From: Naegleria gruberi
Lineage: Eukaryota
Strand: one strand, 5' to 3'
Assembly (NCBI GenBank): GCA_000004985.1
Contig: GG738852.1
DNA: 64,000 bases
Part shown: piece after piece, positions 1-11,470 of the stretch
How the letters are laid out: each line of letters starts with the position of its first letter
Numbering within the stretch: the stretch's first letter is position 1
Notes under the pieces: model-generated
Databases searched by the model: none
Seen by the model: the letters and a program-made list of their open reading frames with translations, nothing else
Told to the model about the DNA's origin: nothing
Made by a program: the position numbers and the translations under genes

Positions 1-3000
1 TCCTCTTGTGTTCCTTATTGTTTATCTTGGGGAAGTAATATTGTAGTGAGTGGTGCTGATAAGAGAGTTTCTTTTTATAGCATTGATGGTTCAATGTTAC
101 AAAATTTTGATTTTGCAGATCGTGAAGAGAAAGAATTTAGTTCAATTGCTTGTAATCCTTCAGGTCAATGTTGTGTTGTTGGTTCATGGAATAGATTAAG
201 AGTTTTTAATTTTAATATTCATAGAAATATGTGGGAAGAAGGTGATCATATTGAAGTTCCAAATATGTATGCTGTTACTTCTGCTTGTTGGAAACCTGAT
301 GGTTCTCGTCTTGTAATTGGTAATATGACTGGTCAAGTTGATTGGTTTGATGCTTGTATTAAGAGATATCGTTATAAGGGAGAATTCGAGTTTACTTTTG
401 TTAGTTCAAGTCAAGTTATTGTTAAGAGACTTTCAACAAATGTTAGAATTGTTTTAAAATCTTTATTTGAAGAGGAAATTTTAAAAGTTAATGTTGCTAG
501 AGATCAATATATTATTGCTAGAACACCAAGAACTTTACTTTTAGGTGATTTGGAATCTTGTAAACTTTCTGAAATTGCTTGGAATTCAGATGAAACAAAT
601 GAAAAATTCTACTTTGATAATCCTAAAGTTTGTATGGTTTACAAGGCTGGTGAATTTTCAATTATTGAATATGGTATTAATGATATTATTGGAAGTTTTA
701 GAACTGAACATGTTAGTACATTCTTGATTAGTGCAAGAATTGCTGATAAGGAAACACCAAATAATGAAATTGATTTGAGTGGAGGAAATAAGAAAGTAGC
801 TTATTTGATTGATTCTCATACAATTTGTATTCTTGATTTGGTTTCATCATTTACAATTGCAAAAATTAATCATGATTACAAGATTGATTGGCTTGAATTG
901 AATAATAGAGCAACAAAATTACTTTTCAGAGATAAGCAAAGACATCTTCATGTTTTTGATTTAAAGACACAAAAAACAACAACATTATTAACATATTGTA
1001 GTTATGTTCAATGGGTTCCAGATTCTGATGTTGTTGTTGCACAAAATAGAAGTGATTTATGTGTTTGGTATAATATTGATTCACCAGATAGAGTTACAAT
1101 TGTTCAAATTAAGGGTGAAGTTGTTGATATTATTAGATCTGATGGATGTACAGCTGTACTTGTTGATGAAGGACCAGGAACTGTTAATTATGATCTTAAT
1201 GAAGGTTTAATTAATTTTGGTAATGCAATGGAAGATAAAAAGTATGAACATGCAGCAAGTATTTTAGAAAGATTATCACTCACTCCAGAAACAGAAGCCA
1301 TGTGGAAGAAATTGAGTGAAGTTGTTATGGATGATCAAAGATATGATATTGCAGAAAGATGTTATGCTTCATTGGGTGATGTTTCAAAATCAAGATTTTT
1401 AAGAAAATTAAATCAAGAATCTAAAAGATTAAGAGAAAATGAAGAAGATGCAATGGTTGAACCATTAGATCATTGGAGAATTAGAGCTGAAATTGCAATT
1501 CTTGGAAAGGATTTCAAATCAGCTGAACAAATTTATTTGGAACAAGCCAAAGTAGATGAAGCTATCAAAATGTATGAACAATTACACAAATTTGAAGAGA
1601 GTATTTTCCTTGCTATTGATAAGGGTATTAATAATGCTCAAGAAAAGAAACAAAAATACATTGAATGGCTTATTCAATCTAAACAAGAAGATAAGGCAGC
1701 TAAAATTTATGAAAAGGAAGGACAATATATCAAATCTATTAATTTATATCTTCAAGGTGGTTTCCCAGCTAGTGCAGCCAATGTAGTTTCCAAATATAAT
1801 GTTGTATTTGATAATAGTGCAAGTGAAAAGTTATTGGATACTATTGCTGAAGCACTTTCAAAGAATGGTTTATTTGAAAAGGCAGGTGAATTCTTTGAAA
1901 AGAGAGGATTATATGATAAGGCAATTGAAGCTTATAGAAAGGGAAGATCCTATCGTTTTGCAGTTGAATTATCACGTACTTCATTCCCTGAACTTGTTGT
2001 AAAACTTGAAGAAGAATGGGGTGATTATTTAGTACAACAAAAACAAGTTGAATCTGCCATTCATCACTTTATTGAATCTAATAATTATGTTAAAGCAATT
2101 GAAGCTGCAATTAATTCAAGACAATGGACAAAGGCTGTTCAAATTCTAGAAGGAATGGATGTTCAAATTGCTAAACGTTATTATGGTAGAATTGCTAGAC
2201 ATTATGAAGATATTCAAAATTTACAACAAGCTAAAAAGTTATATCTTAAAGCTAATGAATATCGTGAAGCTATGGAAATGTTTGAAAGATATAACAAGTG
2301 GGAAGAAGTTCAATCCATTGCTGAAACTTATATGAATCAAGCAGAAATGAAACAATTTTATACAGAACTTGCAACCAAATTGGAAAAGAAGCAACGTTTC
2401 AAAGAAGCTGAAAAGTTATTTATCAAGGCAGATGAAACTGATTTGGCAATTAACATGTATGCAAAGAATCACATGTTTGATGATATGGTTAGATTAGTTT
2501 CAAAATATAATCCAATTCATTTGAAACAAGCACAATTAAAGATTGCTGAACAATTAGAATCTGAAGGACATTTAAGACAAGCAGAACATTATTATATTGA
2601 AGCATCTGATTGGAAGAATGCAGTTAACATGTATAGAAATAATGATAAATGGAATGATGCAATTAGAGTTGCTAAAGCTCATGGTGGTTTAACTGCATGG
2701 AAAAAGGTTGCACTTGAATGGGCTAAACAATATACAGGTGGTGAAGCAGGTGTCAAGTTATTAAGTAAACTTGGACTTGTAGAAGATGCTATTGATTATG
2801 CAATGGATGGTGAATTTTGGGAACTTGCATTTGAAATGGCAAGATCTTCAAGTAATAACATGACTCAAAAACTTCCACAAATTCACATGAAATATGCAAT
2901 TTCATTAGAAGAAGCTGGTAATTTGAAAGAAGCTGAAACTGAATATATTAATGCTAATAGTCCTAAAGAAGCAATTGATATGTATGTTCATCATACTGAT

Positions 3001-4815
3001 TGGGATAATGCTATGAGAGTTGCTGAAACTCATGATTCAACTTTAATTAATTTCATTATTGAATTCCAAGCTGAATTGGCATTTACTGCTAGAGAATTTG
3101 AAAAGGCTGAAAAATTATATTTGGAAGCTAGAAATCCTGAAAAATTAATTGACAAGTACAAGTCAATTCATAGATTCCAAGATGCAAAGAGAATTGCAGA
3201 TAATCATTTATCAACAGATTATCAAAGACAATTAACATCAGAATGGGCTGAATATTTAGTTGATAATCAAAAAGATCAATCATTATCCAATAATAGTAAT
3301 AATAATACTAATAATGGTGGTGGTTCAAATTCATCAAACAGTATGAGACAATCATCACGTAATTTAGAACAAGATGATTCAATGATTGATAATGAAAATG
3401 ATCCAGCAGCACCTGCTAGAATGTTTGCACAAAGTGGACAATATGGTAAAGCTGTTGATGCTTTTATTGGATTTCCATGGAAGGGTGTTGATACAGATTA
3501 TTTAGAAAATGAATATGTTTCAGCTGTTAAATTAACAATTAATCATTTACAACCAAGAGTTTCAGATGTTGTAAATATTCTTTCAAAGAGATTGATTGAA
3601 ATTAAGAAATATCAAGCAGCAGTTGAAGTTTATTGTATGGCTAAACAATTTAGAGATGCAGTTGATGTTTTTGTTAAACAAAAAATGTTTGGTGAAGCAC
3701 TTGAATTGGCAAAACAACGTTCACCTGATTTGATTGATTATATTAAGGATCAACATAAGAGAAGTTTGAAACCAGTTGAAGGACCAATTGATTTAGCAGA
3801 TCAAATTGAAAGATTAGCAGAATCAGGTGAATGGACTAAATGTTTAGAATTGTGTCAAAAACATGATAATCATGATATATTATCTAGACATACAGCATCA
3901 TTTATTAATATACTTGTTAATGAAAGACATGATTATAATCAAGCATTAACAATATTAGAAAAGTATGGAGTACCATTAGAAAAACAATTATTGAATACAT
4001 ATAAGGAATTAGTAACACGTATAGTTTGGATGTCAGTTCATCAAGAAAATGCTAATTCATCTGATTTGAAGAGATGTAGAGATATGTTAAATTCATTAAT
4101 TGAAGGATTTTCAAATTCAGGAATTGTAGTACCAATAAGTCTTGTTAAAATGAGACAAGTATGTCATATTTATCATGTTAAAGATATTTGTAAAAAAGTA
4201 ACAGAATTACAAGAATTATATACAAAGAATTGTGTTAGTTTATGTAGATATACAGATGAAATACCACCTGATTCTGTTTTTTATGAAGCAGGTAAAGCAT
4301 GTGAAAAGATGAAATGGGAAAATATGATGTTTGTATTTTATAATAGATTTTTAGATATTGGTGATGCTATTGAAGAAATTGAATTGAAAGAAGAATATCA
4401 AAATCAAGATCCACCTATTCTTATTAAGGGTACTGCTGAATTGGAAAATTCAGATTTTCAAGGAACTGATGTACCCTATAAGGTACCAATTCCAGTTTCA
4501 CAACTCATTGATGATGATTTTAAAGATGATATTACAAATGTTGTTTTACAAAAATCTATGAATGCATCATTTAATAATTCATTATCAAAATGTTCATGTC
4601 CATCATGTAAACAACAAATTTACATTGCAAATTCAAATTGTTCAAAATGTAAAACACAATTTGAAATTTGTTCTGTTACTGGTTATCCTGTATTCCCTGA
4701 TCAAAAAGTACAATGTACAAATTGTAGAAGACCTGCAAATAGAAATGATTGGAATTTATTCATTTTAAAACATAAGAGATGTCCTCATTGTGATGATTTA
4801 CAATTAACTTTATAA
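1..4815 (+). CDS. IFT172: Intraflagellar transport protein 172 (IFT-B), 5'-partial (N-terminal ~220 aa upstream of window)
   Basis: Frame 1 is open from base 1 to the TAA at 4813-4815, and the listed ORF 46..4815 is the same frame. From memory, the translation aligns colinearly with IFT172: the beta-propeller part ('SIACNPSGQCCVVGSWNRLRVFNFNIHRNMWEEG', 'TSACWKPDGSRLVIGN', 'LLLGDLESCKLSEIAW') is followed by a long TPR-like alpha-solenoid ('VVKLEEEWGDYLVQQKQVESAIHHFIE', 'YEAGKACEKMKWENMMFVFYNRFLDIGDAIEE'). The Cys-rich C-terminus is also conserved. No introns are needed. Confidence 0.9.
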   Translation, partial: SSCVPYCLSWGSNIVVSGADKRVSFYSIDGSMLQNFDFADREEKEFSSIACNPSGQCCVVGSWNRLRVFNFNIHRNMWEEGDHIEVPNMYAVTSACWKPDGSRLVIGNMTGQVDWFDACIKRYRYKGEFEFTFVSSSQVIVKRLSTNVRIVLKSLFEEEILKVNVARDQYIIARTPRTLLLGDLESCKLSEIAWNSDETNEKFYFDNPKVCMVYKAGEFSIIEYGINDIIGSFRTEHVSTFLISARIADKETPNNEIDLSGGNKKVAYLIDSHTICILDLVSSFTIAKINHDYKIDWLELNNRATKLLFRDKQRHLHVFDLKTQKTTTLLTYCSYVQWVPDSDVVVAQNRSDLCVWYNIDSPDRVTIVQIKGEVVDIIRSDGCTAVLVDEGPGTVNYDLNEGLINFGNAMEDKKYEHAASILERLSLTPETEAMWKKLSEVVMDDQRYDIAERCYASLGDVSKSRFLRKLNQESKRLRENEEDAMVEPLDHWRIRAEIAILGKDFKSAEQIYLEQAKVDEAIKMYEQLHKFEESIFLAIDKGINNAQEKKQKYIEWLIQSKQEDKAAKIYEKEGQYIKSINLYLQGGFPASAANVVSKYNVVFDNSASEKLLDTIAEALSKNGLFEKAGEFFEKRGLYDKAIEAYRKGRSYRFAVELSRTSFPELVVKLEEEWGDYLVQQKQVESAIHHFIESNNYVKAIEAAINSRQWTKAVQILEGMDVQIAKRYYGRIARHYEDIQNLQQAKKLYLKANEYREAMEMFERYNKWEEVQSIAETYMNQAEMKQFYTELATKLEKKQRFKEAEKLFIKADETDLAINMYAKNHMFDDMVRLVSKYNPIHLKQAQLKIAEQLESEGHLRQAEHYYIEASDWKNAVNMYRNNDKWNDAIRVAKAHGGLTAWKKVALEWAKQYTGGEAGVKLLSKLGLVEDAIDYAMDGEFWELAFEMARSSSNNMTQKLPQIHMKYAISLEEAGNLKEAETEYINANSPKEAIDMYVHHTDWDNAMRVAETHDSTLINFIIEFQAELAFTAREFEKAEKLYLEARNPEKLIDKYKSIHRFQDAKRIADNHLSTDYQRQLTSEWAEYLVDNQKDQSLSNNSNNNTNNGGGSNSSNSMRQSSRNLEQDDSMIDNENDPAAPARMFAQSGQYGKAVDAFIGFPWKGVDTDYLENEYVSAVKLTINHLQPRVSDVVNILSKRLIEIKKYQAAVEVYCMAKQFRDAVDVFVKQKMFGEALELAKQRSPDLIDYIKDQHKRSLKPVEGPIDLADQIERLAESGEWTKCLELCQKHDNHDILSRHTASFINILVNERHDYNQALTILEKYGVPLEKQLLNTYKELVTRIVWMSVHQENANSSDLKRCRDMLNSLIEGFSNSGIVVPISLVKMRQVCHIYHVKDICKKVTELQELYTKNCVSLCRYTDEIPPDSVFYEAGKACEKMKWENMMFVFYNRFLDIGDAIEEIELKEEYQNQDPPILIKGTAELENSDFQGTDVPYKVPIPVSQLIDDDFKDDITNVVLQKSMNASFNNSLSKCSCPSCKQQIYIANSNCSKCKTQFEICSVTGYPVFPDQKVQCTNCRRPANRNDWNLFILKHKRCPHCDDLQLTL

Positions 4816-4903
4816 ATTATTATTAAATAAATAAAATTCTTTTTACATTATTCTACTAATCTAATTTATTTTAATATTTTAATAATCTATTTTAATTTTA
4901 AAT

Positions 4904-6089
4904 TTACTTATTGGATGATTGTAATTTACTCAAAGTAACACCCAAACCAATACCACTTGCCATCATACTTGCAATGGTTAATAAACCAGCAAAACTTAAA
5001 TTAGCCATTTGAGATAAACCATGTCCAGAAGTACAACCATTGGCACATCTTGCACCAAAAAGTAATAAGAAACCAGATGCAATAGCCATTAATTTTTCAT
5101 TCAATGTCAATTTCTTTGGTTGTACTCTTGTATTTCCCATAATTGAAGAAATATAAGAACCAGTAATAATACTAATATCAGAAATTAATTGCCAAACATA
5201 TTTTGGACCAGCAGATAAAGCATACTTATCAAAATAAGATTGATTTACAGGTAAATATCTTGTTAAGAATGAAGCAGCAGTAACAAAAGCAGATGAAGTA
5301 CCAAGATATGTCTTGACAAATAAATTAACTGGAATTTGAAGTGAACCCAATGCAATACCACTTAAAATTGGATTCCATTGTTTCATTTTCATTAAATTTC
5401 TATCATTCTTATTATTACTACTTTGATATTTTGGAGTTGGAAATAATTTTTCTAATAATAAAGCAATACCAATTAAACAACTTCCAAATGGTAAAGCAAT
5501 ACTCCACATTGGTTGATTTAATAAACCATTAATAGTATTAAATGATCCTGATACTTCTTTAGATTGTAAAATTCCTTGAATTGATGGAATATTAATAATT
5601 GATCCATAACTAATAGCTCCTAATAATCCACCTAATAATGTATATGGTGATGATGTTACTCCTTCTCCAATTTGTGCCAATACTATTATTATTATTATAT
5701 TAAATTAAATATAAATTAAATATTATTAAATTAAATATTAAATATATTAAATATATTAAATATAAATAAAACATACCAGTACCAGGACAAGCACCACCCA
5801 AAGTTAAACCAGTACCCATAATTAAACCACCAATAATATTACCTCTCCAATTAATATTAAAAGGAGCTAAAGTAGCTAAATTAAATAAATTTAATAAACC
5901 TAATGAAATGGTTGAAGTACCACTGGCTGATAAAAATGTTTTCATCATTGTCCAATCTTTTAAATACATTTGATTTTTAATATTTTCAGGTGCTGACATT
6001 CTACTCTTTTGTAATATAATACCAAATGCTAATCCTTGTGGAATACCAACACTTGTTGCAATACTATTAGTACACGATGATGATGACAT
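4904..6089 (-). CDS. YeeE/YedE-family (Sulf_transp, thiosulfate/sulfur-transporter-like) membrane protein; 2 exons (6089..5777, 5682..4904), intron 5776..5683
   Basis: Two minus-strand ORFs (5700..6110 and 4904..5680) are joined by a 94-nt intron. The donor is GTATGT straight after '...GGACPGT' and the acceptor is ...aataatag. The phase-1 junction gives '...LTLGGACPGTVLAQIGEGV...'. The protein (~363 aa) has the duplicated YeeE/YedE signature of two hydrophobic halves, each with a Gly-Gly-Cys motif ('LTLGGACPGTG' and 'GARCANGCTSGHGL'). The E. coli TsuA/YeeE counterparts are 'GGCATGT' and 'GGCSIGNG'. The true ATG is at 6089 (MSSSSCTNS...). The ORF-track start at 6110 and the 'MAQIGEG' start at 5680 (a TTG) are not real starts. 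Confidence 0.7.
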
Positions 6090-8766
6090 GATGTAAATGG
6101 TGATGATCAAGATAAAGATGATAAAGTATTTTTTTTTTTAATTAAAAATATCTCTAAAATGGAGTTGGGTTTTATCTGATATTTTCAATGATGATGCCTC
6201 CGCTATCAGTAGGATAACAATTACACGCTAATAAAAACAGTATCGCCGAAAATTTTATTGTAATTACACCTTTGTTTACAAGTCCACTAGTTTGATGAGA
6301 AATAAGGGAAATAGTTCCGACAATCATTAATGATTGAAAACTAACACTTTTCAATGAAACAAAATAAGTTGAGTTCATTCTGGTTGTGTGTTAGCATATT
6401 GTTCCTCATGTGTATTAACAGGTATAGCGGACACTCAAGTTCTGTTAAATTAATGAATTGAATGTTGTTCCTTTATTGAGCTTGAATACATTACAATTAG
6501 GTCAATGAGAAATAATGATGATGTATCGAACAATCTAATGATTGATGGTTTAAATATATAACAACAATGTATAATAATGATGAATAATAACATCTTACAA
6601 CAACAATAATAACATATTTGATAATATGATGGTAATGATGATCATTTGGTGCTTTTTGGTATTGTTTGGACAATGATCATCCTATTGATGCAATCTACCG
6701 ATCCGGTATTGATGGTTATCAACTTTCTTGTTGTTTTGCTTAACAACAATAAAAACCATGTATCCATCAATCAACAAATCTACTCTGCCATGATGATGAT
6801 GGTAACATTGATCCTAACAAGAATAATTCCTCTATGACTGCTGATTCCTACAACAACAACAAAAATCTTTTTGTGTTCTAATGTGATTTTAGATTTGTCT
6901 CTGAATAATTCTCTAGAAATTGAAAAGGCCAACATTAGATCTGTAAATAATAGCATTGTGAGTTCTGTTACCAACTCACAAGTTTTGTCATCTCCAATAC
7001 ATCACCCCCAAACAAGATTACCCAACATTCATCAAAAGAAAGATATTGTCTTTGACAAACATAATAATACCCTTTCACTAGCTCTTGACAATCATCAAAG
7101 GACGATTAACGGTGCAATTTTAAACACAACACTTGAACGAGAACATTACCATCACATGCCTCAAGGTAAACCCAATACTACACCCACAATATCATGTACA
7201 GCTCTCAGTGGTTTCATATTTTCAAAAGTGCATGGTGTTCAAAACATTTCTCCTCATTCCTATTCAAAACGATACAATCCAACAACTCATACACCAACAG
7301 CCAAAAAGCCCTTCTTCCATGGAAATACTAAGAAACCATACAATGGTCTTGTGGAGATTTCCAGTTTTGCCACAAACACAGATACACAAGATGAGCAAAC
7401 ATTGGAAAATCCTTTTCAGAAAATCCTTTTCATAAAATCCTGGAGATGATTGTGAATTTTGTAAACCTATAAATAACATTTAAATATTATTATTACAATG
7501 ATATGGTTTTTTTTTGGAATTTTGTTATTGTTGTTGTAAAATCATATGATGAAATACAATTTTGGGCCTGTGAAACAGTGTAATAGGAAAATATGAAATA
7601 AATGTAATTACATTGTTACAAATTAACTCCAATAAAACAAAGTTCCAGAACAGATTTTATTCAGTGTTATCTCAAATTTATGCAACGAGTATTAAAAAGC
7701 TTGAAATATGAACATACACTAACCAATAGGTTCGTATTTATCTTAATGTTTATCGTACATAACAGAACACCGATACAATTTCTTACCACCAAATGTCAAA
7801 GTTACACTATTCCGTCATTAGTACAGGTTTGGGTATAATGCTCAAAGATTGTATGTTATTTCGTGTATTATAAGCCAAGATATCTAAGATTGTTGATACC
7901 GTTTATCTACAAACACAGCTCCAAAGTTAATGATAAACTTTACTAGTTAATAGCATTCATTTGACATATTCATTACGAAACCGTTGTTAAAAGTCAGCAT
8001 CTGATGTATCTGTAGTAAGTTGATCTGTACAACCACATGTATAAATTTAACATAATCGTGTACTAGTATAATGATTATCAATATCCAAGTGGTTGCTTGT
8101 TACGATTCTATGATTATCAGTAATATAATATTTACTTAGGTATTGCTTGGGTTAGCTCTTACTTTTCTCCAACCAACTGAATCAGACGAACAAGAAATTA
8201 AAGTTTTGACTCCCAGATTCGACTTCAGAACCTGGTTAGCCATTGTAAAGGATGATGATTCTAACAATCACATTGATTTCACAACTGTGTCCAGTAACTT
8301 GTGGCTTTTTTCTCAAGATTCCTTTAAATTTTTTACCTTTTAATTACACACCAACTTTTTATTGTTGCTCTTATTTGAGTCACCCAGAAAGAAGGTTCAA
8401 TTTCCATCATTCCTAACACTTTTAATTTATGGCTTTAAATGTTAGAAAAGAATATTTCTTGACTTGAAATTTTTCACTTACCTAGCTACGGAAAACAAGC
8501 TGTTTCTAACTGTTGCAATTAACAAATTCATCAAGAAAAATCATGTCTTAATCAAAAAACAGGCAAAGGATATTATATATTCCATTATCCAAATTGATGC
8601 ATCTCTCTAATATTATTGAATGGAATGAAAGCCAACACAAGGAATTCCACAAAAGAATAGAAAGTCTCTACCATGTTAAAAATATAAATTTATATAAAAA
8701 TTATACAACTTGATTTCTACTAACTCATTCCTCCTGTTTGTTGGTTGTTTGTTGTTTGTTAATCAT

Positions 8767-10682
8767 CTAATATTGAGTAACATTTAATTTCAATTGAGTA
8801 GATTGTGGTACAATAGTAGCCTTTCTAACATTCTTTGTTGCATTCATTAATTTAACATATTCAATGTATAAATCACCCTTATCACCATCTAATAATTGCA
8901 TAGTTTCCTTAATTTGATTCAATTCACTATCATATTTAGCCTTTTTCAATAAAGAAATTGAATCATTTTCAGCCTTTTCTCTTTCAATTTTAGCTTGACC
9001 TTCAATTCTTGATTTTTCAATCTTTTCTTTTTGCATATTTGAATTTTTGATTTGAATTAAATTCTTTTTCAATTTTGCAAATTCAATTTGAGATTGAATT
9101 TCTTCCTTTTCAGCTAAATTCTTTGCATTTTCTTGTAATTTGTTACACATAATATTCATTGATGATTTAATGGATGAATCTAATAATTGTGCAATTTCCT
9201 TATCAACTGGTCTTAATTCTTTAACATCAACTGCATAAACAAAGAAATTAAATTCTCTAAATAATCTACCATGTACTTGAACTGATGTTTCATCATTAAA
9301 TTCTACTTTGTAATCTTTAAATAAATTATTTCTTAATATATCAGCTGCTCCTTTATGGAATGATTCAAAATAATGTCCACTTGCTAATTCTCTAATTCTA
9401 CTACGAAGTGATTGACATGAATATCCAATAAAATCACCTGAAAATACTTTATCATATTCTTCATCAGATACTTTTTTATCACTCATTAAAAATTGCCATT
9501 TATAGGTCAATTCCATTTGTAATACTGCATTATCTTTAGTTCTAACTAGAAATCCATCTGTCATAAAGTCCTATATTTTATATTAAATTAAATATATTTA
9601 TATTAAATTAAAAATTAAATAATAAATAAATAATAATAAAAATATTAAAAAATTAAATAATAAATAAATATTAAAAATAAAATTAAAATAACATACAGGT
9701 CCCTTATTAACAATAGCAATAGTACATGAATTTTCAACTTTTGGATTACCACCTGAAATTGATAAAGTTCTTAAACCTTCATGTGAACCTAAAATCATTG
9801 ATTTTGGACCTTCATGAAAAGTTTCAATTCCCTTTTTATGATCAATAATACAAACAATTTCATTCTTTTGTATTTGAATATGATATGCATTAAATGATGA
9901 TTGATTTGGTAATTCTAATGCATCATATTCTCTATCTGTTAATTTTTTATAATATAATTCTTCATTACATTCTAAAAAGTATGAAGTTGGTCCTTTAACT
10001 GTTTTTAATTCACTTGTTTCTACATTTCTAATATAAATTGCTTCATTTTCACCTACATTAATAGCTGATTGAATATCACCAATTCTTTCTTCATTAGTAT
10101 TAGCATAGTAAATGGTTGGTCCAATGACACGTCTCATTTCACCTGCTTTGAATAATTTCTTATCACCAGTACTATTACCAGTACTAGTATTATTACTAGT
10201 ATTATTAATATAATGATCTTTTAATGCTTGTAAAAAGATATATTCATTCTTATTTAAAATATCAGCATCAAGTACACGTGAATTTAATAATGATTCACCT
10301 GGATAGAGTGAAAATGTTGATGGACCTTGACGAATTTCTTTCATACCAAATTGTGTTTGTTTACTTTCTTGATTATATGGATTTAATATAACCGCATATT
10401 GTCTTTCTTTAACAACTATTATTATTAATATTATTAAAATTATAAAAATATTATTAATAGTAAAAATAAAAAATAATTAATAAATAAATAAAAAATAATA
10501 AACTTACTAATTTTAGTTTGAATACCAAGTGATTTATCAATAGATTTATTAGCTTGAAGATAAAATCTAGTAGGACCTTCAACTAATTCAATACTACCAG
10601 TTTCATTGTTAATAACATGAACATATTGATCAGCATATAATACAACAGGTGAATCTTGACTCATTGTTTTTTTAGATGACAT
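8767..10682 (-). CDS. Major vault protein-like (short form, ~568 aa); 3 exons (10682..10508, 10415..9687, 9570..8767)
   Basis: Exon 1 ends '...GIQTKI' + A, followed by gtaagt. Exon 2 follows the acceptor aataatag (10417/10416) and reads 'IVKERQYAVILNPYNQESKQTQFGMKEIRQGPSTFSLYPGESLL...'. It ends '...IVNKGP' with a GTATGT donor at 9686. Exon 3 follows tatag and begins 'DFMTDGFLVRTKDNAVLQMELTYKWQF...'. The MVP repeat-domain pattern is present ('YADQYVHVINNETGSIELVEGPTRFYLQ', 'ERIGDIQSAINVGENEAIYIRNVETSELKTVKGPTSYFL'). The shoulder/SPFH-like and cap-helix regions ('TKDNAVLQMELTYKWQF', a long EK-rich coiled coil) resemble vertebrate MVP from memory. The protein is far shorter than canonical MVP (~850-900 aa). 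Confidence 0.75.
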
Positions 10683-11470
10683 GTAATTTAAATATTATTA
10701 TTATTATTATATATTAATATATTATTATTGTTATAATATTATAATATTAATGATGATGATAGCAATAGTTGATATATGATAGCAATAACACAAAGCAATA
10801 CTTTGATTTTTTTTGATAATAAGTTCATCTATTCCTAGCCTTTGCTTTTGTATGTTTGATCAACTTAGTTGCATTCTAACTGATTGATCAACAACTCAAT
10901 CACTTGTGTGGATGAACCTTTGTGTGTTAAGAAGAGATATTATAAAACAAGGTTAGTACCTAATTGAGAACTTTTACAAGTTCATTGGTGACTAAAATGA
11001 TCTTCAACTTTTTGTTCAATGTTCTCAATAATAATAATTACATGTACCTACCTTATAATCCAATAATTATTAAAAACATTATTTTGATTGAAAATTGTAA
11101 AATTTGTATTATTACTAGTATTCAAATATTAAAGTATTATTAGATTAATAGTACAGTAGTTTAGATAAACATCACAACGATGTAAAGATCGGAAATAAAC
11201 AACACATCATAGGACATTGTGTTTCCGAATGGCGCCTTATTTTTATTACACCCAATTGTCCACTATTGATACAATGTTGTTGTATTCATAAAGATAATAA
11301 TATTCAGTATACAAAAAAAGCCTTTTTATTATCTCTCTTGTATCACCCAACAATCATTCTCATCCTATTATTATTATTAATATTACTCTAATAGTAATAA
11401 TATATAATATCATCTAATCAAAATATAACAATACTAACATACAACATAACAATAACAACAATAACAAAAT

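Noticed and set aside
545-4768. Many short ORFs (60-110 aa) nested inside or antisense to the large genes: 545..727, 1004..1210, 1556..1786, 4562..4768 in IFT172; numerous ones within myosin II (13753..16257) and dynein (29663..40937); 21131..23028 in the low-complexity gene.
   Set aside because: They overlap well-supported long CDSs. Their translations are hydrophobic or low-complexity artefacts of AT-rich codon composition (Ile/Leu/Phe/Asn runs). None has its own start context or a recognisable family.
5680-6110. ORF-track start codons for 4904..5680 (MAQIGEG...), 5700..6110 (MIITIYIM...), 29052 (MNNFIRL...), 21279 (MDEEE...) and 52664 (MKEDD...).
   Set aside because: The DNA at these positions is TTG or GTG, not ATG. 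The ORF finder allowed alternative starts. Real starts and exon joins were re-derived from splice signals and in-frame ATGs.
6871-7449. 192-aa ORF (and overlapping 100-aa ORF 7133..7435) in the large intergenic gap.
   Set aside because: Two overlapping frames are open at once because the strand is A/C-rich, so stop codons are rare. Codon usage (ccc, acg, cga, ctc) differs from neighbouring genes. No domain recognised. Kept as a finding about the region, not as a CDS.
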